Assembly: GCA_036338695.1 (NCBI GenBank)
Contig: JAYZBQ010000006.1
Coordinates: 1-23,393 of the forward strand
Source: Myxococcota bacterium
GTDB lineage: Bacteria; Myxococcota; UBA4151
DNA: 23,393 nucleotides
Direction of reading: 5' to 3'
Shown here: in pieces, positions 17,451 through 23,393 of the stretch
How the letters are laid out: each line of letters starts with the position of its first letter
Position numbering within the stretch: position 1 is the stretch's first letter
The notes under the pieces: model-generated
Database searches by the model: none
Told to the model about the DNA's origin: nothing
Seen by the model: only the letters and a program-made list of their open reading frames with translations
Position numbers and translations under genes: made by a program

Positions 17451-19097
17451 TCAATCCGCAAGTCGCCACTCGAAGCGCTCGAGATCAAAGGGAGCGTTCG
17501 TCGACAACGTCACGCCCTCAAGCCCGATCAGCCCCGCCGGCAGATCAAACGTCACCGGGTTGCCCAGCCCATCACAGGTGAGCGTGCCCTTTCGCAAGCC
17601 CCAGTCAAAAGCCATTCGCAGCTCGGGCGCTCGCTGCCGCGTGCCGCCGGTCACCTCAAACCCACAAGCATCGAGCGTACCGGATTCGGTGACCGCCTCG
17701 TCGCCGACGAACAGCTGCACCGTGGCGTCACCGTACGCCACCGAAACCCCCGCCTCGGTACCGGGCAGGAGCTGGACTCGGTGGCGGCGTTGGGTCTGGT
17801 TCGAGACGCCGCAATCCGAGGCGCAGGCGACCGTCCAAGCGACGCGCCGTACCGGCTGCGGTCGATCGAACAAGGTGCGCGTGCAGCTGCTGTTGGAGGG
17901 CACGCGCCCTCGGTAACTGTCCCCAATATTCCGGACCGCCATTCGGTCGCTCACCCCGCAAGTCCAAACCTCACTGCGCACGCGACTGAACGTGTCGACC
18001 CAGCGCCCGACCTCAAGCGCCAGCAACCCATCGGGCTGCGCAGTGTTCCAGACCCTCAAGTCGGCGAGCTTGCCCCGATAGAGCTGCTCGGCGCTGAGCT
18101 CATCCTCCTCCATACCGTTCGTCCCACCGATCAGATCGTAGATATTTTCGGTCTCTTCGTTCCGCGGGTACATCGCTGTGTATGGCAGCCCATACGCTAC
18201 GCGCTCGCCCTCAACCCAGATACCCAGCAACCGTTTGCTGCTCGGGTTAAGCGGGTCCTGCCCTAAGCGAACGATGACGTGGCTGTAGCGGTCTTCCGGA
18301 AGCCGCTCCGTGCTCACCGACACGCTCTGAATGGTCATGTCTGCGTCCTGATAGTACGCGTTCACCCAAACCCGGCCCTCAACGATCTTCACATCGAGCG
18401 GCCCGGAGGGCTCGCCGTCGATATCCCAGTCGTTGTGAGCGCTAAAGAGGGTGTGACTTGCGGTCAGACTCGGTCGAAGGCGCGCCGCCAAGGTCATGCT
18501 CTTTGTGTAGGCTTGACCCTGAGTCGGCATCCCCTCTTCATCGTTGACATAGTCAGGGGTCTCAACCACCGGGATCGAGACAAAGCGCGTCCCGTCAAAG
18601 CTGAGCGCTAAATCCCCCGCTTCGGCGAGCTCGTAATTCCACTCCCCGTCACCATGACCGAGTACGGTTGAGGGATATCGAACCTCGTTGTCGAGGTTGC
18701 CCTCAAAGCGCACGCACAGGGTCATGTGCTGGCGATAGTCGCCCTCGTGACAGGCGGGGTTGGGTTCGTACACCTGCGTGCAATCGTTCTCGTCGGTCGA
18801 GCCGTCGCAGTCGTTGTCCAGGCCGTCGCCGCAGGCTTCGACCTGCGCCACGCAGCCCCCTGCGTCCGGCGGCGCGCCGGCGTCGCGCGCAGGCGGCTGA
18901 CCGCCGCCGTCTAACCTCGCGCCTGCGTCTCGACCAGCCCCTGTATCGCCGGCTGCCACGCCTGCGTCGGGTCGCGCCTGCCCCGCGTCGTTCGCCGCCG
19001 AGACCACCTCAAAATCATCCGGGATCACGGTGATGAGGTCGAGGCAGGCGCTGTGCACCAGGGTGAGCGCGGCGAGGATCAGCGAGAGGCGGGTCAT
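17451..19097 (-). CDS. LamG-like jelly-roll lipoprotein with a MopE-like Cys motif (paralogue 2)
   Basis: MTRLSLILAALTLVHSA-C signal, DAG linker, EACGDGLDNDCDGSTDE, ALSFDG, MTLAARLRP, YSHVIV...IWVEG, YRGKLADLRVWN. ATG 19097 preferred over 19154. Confidence 0.82.
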   Translation of the reverse strand: MTRLSLILAALTLVHSACLDLITVIPDDFEVVSAANDAGQARPDAGVAAGDTGAGRDAGARLDGGGQPPARDAGAPPDAGGCVAQVEACGDGLDNDCDGSTDENDCTQVYEPNPACHEGDYRQHMTLCVRFEGNLDNEVRYPSTVLGHGDGEWNYELAEAGDLALSFDGTRFVSIPVVETPDYVNDEEGMPTQGQAYTKSMTLAARLRPSLTASHTLFSAHNDWDIDGEPSGPLDVKIVEGRVWVNAYYQDADMTIQSVSVSTERLPEDRYSHVIVRLGQDPLNPSSKRLLGIWVEGERVAYGLPYTAMYPRNEETENIYDLIGGTNGMEEDELSAEQLYRGKLADLRVWNTAQPDGLLALEVGRWVDTFSRVRSEVWTCGVSDRMAVRNIGDSYRGRVPSNSSCTRTLFDRPQPVRRVAWTVACASDCGVSNQTQRRHRVQLLPGTEAGVSVAYGDATVQLFVGDEAVTESGTLDACGFEVTGGTRQRAPELRMAFDWGLRKGTLTCDGLGNPVTFDLPAGLIGLEGVTLSTNAPFDLERFEWRLAD

Positions 19098-19106
19098 GGT
19101 CGCGTC

Positions 19107-19140
19107 AGTGTGCCAACCTTCGGAGAGCGTGCCAAGCGCT
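19107..19140 (-). promoter_or_regulatory. Conserved promoter-like element upstream of LamG paralogue 2
   Basis: AGCGC-TTGGCA-17 nt-CACACT-9 nt-ATG, the same architecture as 20627-20660. Confidence 0.55.
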
Positions 19141-19154
19141 GCTGGAGCGCTCAT

Positions 19155-20618
19155 TTAGGGCAGCGGGATCATGCGCCAGCTGATGTCATCGACCTGAACC
19201 GGCGGAGCCATCGACTCGGGCAACCCAAAGGTCATGCCGTTGACGCCGCTCCAGCCCTCGCCCCTGAGACGAACATCGACCGTGGATGTGTTGTCGGCGT
19301 CACAAGACAGCTCCGCCATCGGCTCATCGCCCCAGGTAAAGGACAGGTGCAGGCGCGGCGCTTGACCTTGGCCGTCAAACGCGCAGTCGCTCCCGGCGAC
19401 CCCGTTGAGGGTAAACTGAGCGCTGTATACCGAGTAGCCGAGCACCACCTCGGCGTTGGTAGCGGTGTTGAACAACCTCAGCCGAAAGTCCTCATCGCTC
19501 GAGGGCGCCTGACCGGGCATCTGTAGGCTCAGGCTGACGCGCGCAACCCGCTGCGGCGCCGCAAAATAGACCCGCTCGCACAGCTGATCAATCTGCGCGG
19601 CGCGCCCGCCACCGATGACATTGACCCGGTCGATCCCCTCCGAGTTGAAACACGACCAGCCCGTCAGGTCGCCCGCCTCAAAGTCCTCAACCCACTGCCC
19701 GGCTTCAGCCGCCAGGTCGGCGTCGATTAGCGGCGACGACCAGACGCGCAGGTCATCGATCACCCCGCCAAAGGGCCGAATCGGCTGGAGCTGCGTGTTG
19801 TCCCATGCCAGCTGCGCCCCCACCCCGTCATAAAACGTTTCAAGGGTCAGGCGCTCCAAGAGCGTCGTATCAACAGCCGCTGCCCCCTGCAGCGCGCCGT
19901 CGACATACAGGCGCATCGTGCGAGCACCCGGCCCGTTGGGGTGATAGACCGCCATGAGATGCGCCCACCGCCGCGACGTCAGCGGAGCGAGCGCCCGGAG
20001 CTGCGACTCATCTCCCCACTCGAGCACAGGGCGCCCCTCGACCAGCACCAGCTGAAAAGGACCCCAGTCTTTGCCGTCAGCGTCGCGTGTTTGCGACGAG
20101 AACAGCGTCTGCGTGGCTTGGAGTGCGTCCGCCTGCACGCGCATCGCCAGGGTAAAGCCGTCTCGGTAGAGCGCCTGCGCGCTCGCCACGCGCACGTGCC
20201 CAGCGCCTGTCAACACCACGACTTCGTTGCCCTGCCTGTCAACGGCGTAGTCCAGCGTCCCATGCTCGCTGGCGGCGCCGCCGCCGGCTGCCTCGTTCTC
20301 CACGCCGCGGTTAAAGCGCAGACAGACGCTCAGGTCGCCGGCCTGTGCGCTGTCGCTGCAGGGTGCGTTGAGCTGCGGGACGCGCGGCGAGGGGCTCGCC
20401 CCGGCGTCAAAGACTTGTGGATCGCCCACGTCGCCGCCGATCGGCGGGCGAACGCTGGCGTCGCCGAGCAGATCGGCGCCACCATCAGCCGGTCCGCCGG
20501 CGTCCGCTCCGGCAGGCACGACCTCAAAATCATCGGGGATGACCGTGATCAGGTCCAGGCAGGCGCCAGACGACAGCAGCAGCGCAGCGAGCGCAAGGGG
20601 GCGAAGGGGAGCGTTCAT
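19155..20618 (-). CDS. LamG-like jelly-roll lipoprotein (paralogue 1, no MopE-like motif)
   Basis: MNAPLRPLALAALLLSSGA-C signal, DAG/DGG linker, FTLAMRV, RWAHLMAVY...MRLYVDG, FGGVIDDLRVWS. ATG 20618 preferred; GTG 20663 overlapping the upstream stop is possible. Confidence 0.85.
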   Translation of the reverse strand: MNAPLRPLALAALLLSSGACLDLITVIPDDFEVVPAGADAGGPADGGADLLGDASVRPPIGGDVGDPQVFDAGASPSPRVPQLNAPCSDSAQAGDLSVCLRFNRGVENEAAGGGAASEHGTLDYAVDRQGNEVVVLTGAGHVRVASAQALYRDGFTLAMRVQADALQATQTLFSSQTRDADGKDWGPFQLVLVEGRPVLEWGDESQLRALAPLTSRRWAHLMAVYHPNGPGARTMRLYVDGALQGAAAVDTTLLERLTLETFYDGVGAQLAWDNTQLQPIRPFGGVIDDLRVWSSPLIDADLAAEAGQWVEDFEAGDLTGWSCFNSEGIDRVNVIGGGRAAQIDQLCERVYFAAPQRVARVSLSLQMPGQAPSSDEDFRLRLFNTATNAEVVLGYSVYSAQFTLNGVAGSDCAFDGQGQAPRLHLSFTWGDEPMAELSCDADNTSTVDVRLRGEGWSGVNGMTFGLPESMAPPVQVDDISWRMIPLP

Positions 20619-20626
20619 CGGGCGCC

Positions 20627-20660
20627 ACTGTGCCCAGAACCCTCGCCGATGCCAAGCGCT
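20627..20660 (-). promoter_or_regulatory. Conserved promoter-like element upstream of LamG paralogue 1
   Basis: AGCGC-TTGGCA-17 nt-CACAGT-8 nt-ATG, the same architecture as 19107-19140. Confidence 0.55.
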
Positions 20661-23290
20661 CACGGCGTGCCTTTTGGCTCGATGCGCTCAGGCTGAGCCC
20701 CCGCAGGGGCGTCGCTGCGCAGGGCGTAGACCACCACCCCGCCCTCACCGGGCAGCACGGCGCGCCCGTAGACCGTAAAGACCGGCGGCTGGTCCCCTTG
20801 GCGCGGCGCCACCTCCACCCAGTAGCTCCCCGCCACCTTGCCCTCGGCGACCGGCGTTGCGGGCTTCCAGCGCAGCGCATCAAACCCGGCCGCAGCCGGG
20901 GTGACCTTGTCCCAGCGCACCAGCTCATAGCGATCGCCGCGCGGCGGGTAGGCGGCGGCGGCGACCGGGGCGCCGAGCGCCAGCGCTTGGTCGCGCTCGG
21001 CACGCACCTGCTGTTGCGCTTCGAGATCCCAGATCGCTTGGTTGAGCGCGTCCGCGTGCCGCAGGTTCGCCCAGCCCGTCTTGGCGGGCTCGTAGCCGCT
21101 GTAGACGATGAACAGCTGGCTGCTGCCTCGCTCGATCACCGGGCTGACCTCGCCGAGCTTAAGCCCGCGCAACGCGCCGAGCTGCTCGTCGCTGAGCTCG
21201 CCTCCGCGCAGGTTGGTCACCCAGAAGTTGTCCCGCAGCGCCTCATCGGTGGCGACCCACTCAAAGTACCGGTGCGCCCTGCCCCAGCGATCGGCGGCGA
21301 AGGCGGGGTCGGCGAAGAAGGTTTTGACGTGGGCATAAAATCCAGCCGGGTCTCGCTGCGCCTGCGCACGCAGCGCCTGCAGGTCCTGCTCGGCGCGCGC
21401 AGCCGGTAAGTCCAAGGCGCGCTCGTAGCCCTTAGGCGTCACCAACACACCCACGAAGCGGTGCGTGGCGGGCACGGCGAGGCGGTCTCGATGCTTGGTG
21501 AAGAAGGCGTAGCGCTGCGCGGCGCTGAGCGGTCGCCGGGTGTACGGGGCGAAGTGCTGGCGCGCCGCGGCGGCGCCGCGCGGCTCCAAGGTGCTGGGCG
21601 CTTGGTGGCGCCACCAGGCGCGCGGCAGCTCAGGCGCATGCCCGCTCGCTCCGGTCGGGGCGGCTGCCTGCGCGGCGGCGTGCTTGATCAGGTAGCGCTC
21701 TTGCGCCTGGCGCAGGGTGCGCAGGTTGGTGATCAGCTCGCCCTCGATCACGCGCCGGTGGTTGCGTGCGACCTGCGCGCGCACCGCCTGGGTCGCCGCC
21801 AGCGCCTCGGCGATCGGGTTCTCGGCGCGATCCAGTTGCTGGCTGAGCGCTGCGAACGCATCGGCGAAGGCGGCGGCGTGGCGCCGGCAGGTGGCGGGGT
21901 CGGTGGCGCCGGACTCGGCGTCACACTGGGCGAGGAGCTGCGCCCGGGTGGGTTCACCGGCGCCAAAGCCGTAGGCGTAGTCGGCAAGGCGCGCACGCTC
22001 CGCGCTCGAGAACTGCCCGTCGGCGGCGAGCAGGCGCACCCAGCCCTTGAGCAAGCCGCTGCGCAGGGAGACAGGGCGGTGAAAGGCGCCCCGGAGCGAG
22101 CGCAGCAGCAGCGCCTGGCGCTCGGCGCGCCCCCAGGTACCCTGGCGCTGTTCCAAGAAGCTCTGCGCCCGCAGATAAGCCAGGCGGGTGCGACCGCGGG
22201 TGAGGTGTCGGCGCAGCCCCGGCGGGTCAAAACGGTCGGCGCGCCACAGGTCGAGGAAGAAGACGAGCTCGACGTCCTCGCCGGTGAGCGCCTCGGGGGT
22301 TAGCGGCGTCGACGGGTCGTGGACGGTCATCAAGGCGGCGTCGCGCAGCAAGGGCGCAAAGAGCGGCGCGGCGTCCGGAGCCGGCGGCGGGTCCAACTGC
22401 GCCGCGACGGCGGCGGAGAGGGTCTGGGCGAGCCAGTTGTAGCGAGCGAACTCCGCCTCGGTCACCAGCCCCTCGTCGAGCTGCAGGTGCCCGAGCGCTT
22501 GGCGCAAGGGGGTGCTGTGGTCATGGCTGCGCCGTAGAAAGGGCGCATAGCGCGTGATCAACCCTTTCGTGAGCCGCAACGTCTGCGCTCGCCGAGGCTG
22601 AGCGAGGACCTCTGCCCACTGCGCGTGGTTGAGCTCGAGGTACGTACGCGCCTCGCCGGGAACGATCAGGCGGGCGCTCATGAGGTAATCGAGCTCAGCC
22701 TGGCTCAGCCCGTCGGCGAGCAGCAGATCTCGCCGCACGAGCTCCCAGAAGGTGGTGCGCAACCCGTAGGTGCGTCGCCTGATGCTCGACTCGCTCGCTT
22801 GATAAGCGATCTGCTGGCGCAAGGCCTTGGCGCTACCGTGCTCAAGCGCCGGTAAGACCCGCTCGATGTAATCGCTCACCGCCGCGTCTTCACACGCAGA
22901 GACGGCTCCATCGGCGGCGACCGCCACGCTCAAGGCGCTGTGAAAGGCGTCGACCGCCTCGCCGTAAGCGGTGAGAACGTCTTGAGGGGTGCCCACCACG
23001 CTGGCTTCGCGCAGCTCGGTGCGCAAGTTGGCGACCAAGCCTGCAAACGCTGAATCCACCACGGGCGGAACCGGCGCCACCGCTAAGAGCTTGGGGTGGA
23101 GAAACAGCTCGGCATCGGCGATGCCATCGCAGTGCAAGACGGCGCGCAGCCAGTCCTGCTGCAGCCGCTCGGTCGAGATGGTGACCAGCGGCGGCGGATT
23201 TGGGGGCGTGGGCGTGGTGGCGCAGCCCGCAACAAGCGCAAGGCAGAGCACCAGGGCAGCTGCCGGCGTGCGTGATCGATCCTTTGGCAT
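20660..23290 (-). CDS. Large helical lipoprotein with a degenerate parvulin/PpiC-like (SurA/PpiD/PrsA-type) region near the C-terminus
   Basis: Lipobox LVAG-C; 876-aa Ala/Leu/Arg-rich ORF. SAAQRYAFFTKHRDRLAVPATHRFVGVLV and ALRGLKLGEVSPVIERGSSQLFIVY resemble the entry segment and 'L..GEVS.PV' segment of parvulin domains. Confidence 0.75.
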   Translation of the reverse strand: MPKDRSRTPAAALVLCLALVAGCATTPTPPNPPPLVTISTERLQQDWLRAVLHCDGIADAELFLHPKLLAVAPVPPVVDSAFAGLVANLRTELREASVVGTPQDVLTAYGEAVDAFHSALSVAVAADGAVSACEDAAVSDYIERVLPALEHGSAKALRQQIAYQASESSIRRRTYGLRTTFWELVRRDLLLADGLSQAELDYLMSARLIVPGEARTYLELNHAQWAEVLAQPRRAQTLRLTKGLITRYAPFLRRSHDHSTPLRQALGHLQLDEGLVTEAEFARYNWLAQTLSAAVAAQLDPPPAPDAAPLFAPLLRDAALMTVHDPSTPLTPEALTGEDVELVFFLDLWRADRFDPPGLRRHLTRGRTRLAYLRAQSFLEQRQGTWGRAERQALLLRSLRGAFHRPVSLRSGLLKGWVRLLAADGQFSSAERARLADYAYGFGAGEPTRAQLLAQCDAESGATDPATCRRHAAAFADAFAALSQQLDRAENPIAEALAATQAVRAQVARNHRRVIEGELITNLRTLRQAQERYLIKHAAAQAAAPTGASGHAPELPRAWWRHQAPSTLEPRGAAAARQHFAPYTRRPLSAAQRYAFFTKHRDRLAVPATHRFVGVLVTPKGYERALDLPAARAEQDLQALRAQAQRDPAGFYAHVKTFFADPAFAADRWGRAHRYFEWVATDEALRDNFWVTNLRGGELSDEQLGALRGLKLGEVSPVIERGSSQLFIVYSGYEPAKTGWANLRHADALNQAIWDLEAQQQVRAERDQALALGAPVAAAAYPPRGDRYELVRWDKVTPAAAGFDALRWKPATPVAEGKVAGSYWVEVAPRQGDQPPVFTVYGRAVLPGEGGVVVYALRSDAPAGAQPERIEPKGTP

Positions 23291-23393
23291 GGCGCCCCTA
23301 CCCGTCAGGTCCTCAGCGACCGCAAGGCTCCTAGCGGCGTTGGGGTGGAATTGGAACGGCGATGAAGCTTTGGTTTCTACGACGAGACCTTCG

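Noticed and set aside
17423..17453. TGACGC...GCGTCA inverted repeat between LamG paralogue 2 and the hairpin-protein gene as a terminator
   Set aside because: The stem is only 6 bp with a long loop and no U-tract, which is expected by chance at this GC content.
23362..23393. Possible start of a + strand gene (ATG AAG CTT TGG..., MKLWFLRRDL)
   Set aside because: Only 10 codons lie within the window and there is no clear SD, so it cannot be supported.

Overview
High-GC bacterial chromosomal DNA with a Myxococcota-like gene repertoire: DUF4215-type Cys-rich repeat proteins, a Ser/Thr kinase-ATPase-TPR fusion, a CsgA-like SDR and many lipoproteins with 'DAG' linkers. About 15 CDS can be supported. 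I saw no rRNA, tRNA, CRISPR array, transposase or integrase. Left part: a 5'-truncated Cys-repeat protein plus a CAP-domain lipoprotein (+); an SDR-msrB-J-domain operon (-); a GH31 lipoprotein (-); a kinase-STAND-TPR protein (+); a CxxCH-bearing copper monooxygenase and a second Cys-repeat lipoprotein (-). The two Cys-repeat genes are inverted paralogues with a collinear stalk and unrelated C-terminal tips. Right part: an orphan (+) ORF resembling a RelE-like domain I recall from the N-terminus of UvrD helicases, then a five-gene (-) cluster. The cluster encodes a large lipoprotein with a parvulin-like region, three LamG lipoprotein paralogues and a CsgG/TolB-N-like protein with a hydrophobic hairpin. 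Two of the LamG paralogues share an identical 16-aa peptide spanning the lipidated Cys, differing only at synonymous sites, and a conserved promoter-like element. This cluster is the best candidate for an undescribed surface-lipoprotein sorting/display system. All family assignments come from reading motifs by eye; no searches were run.
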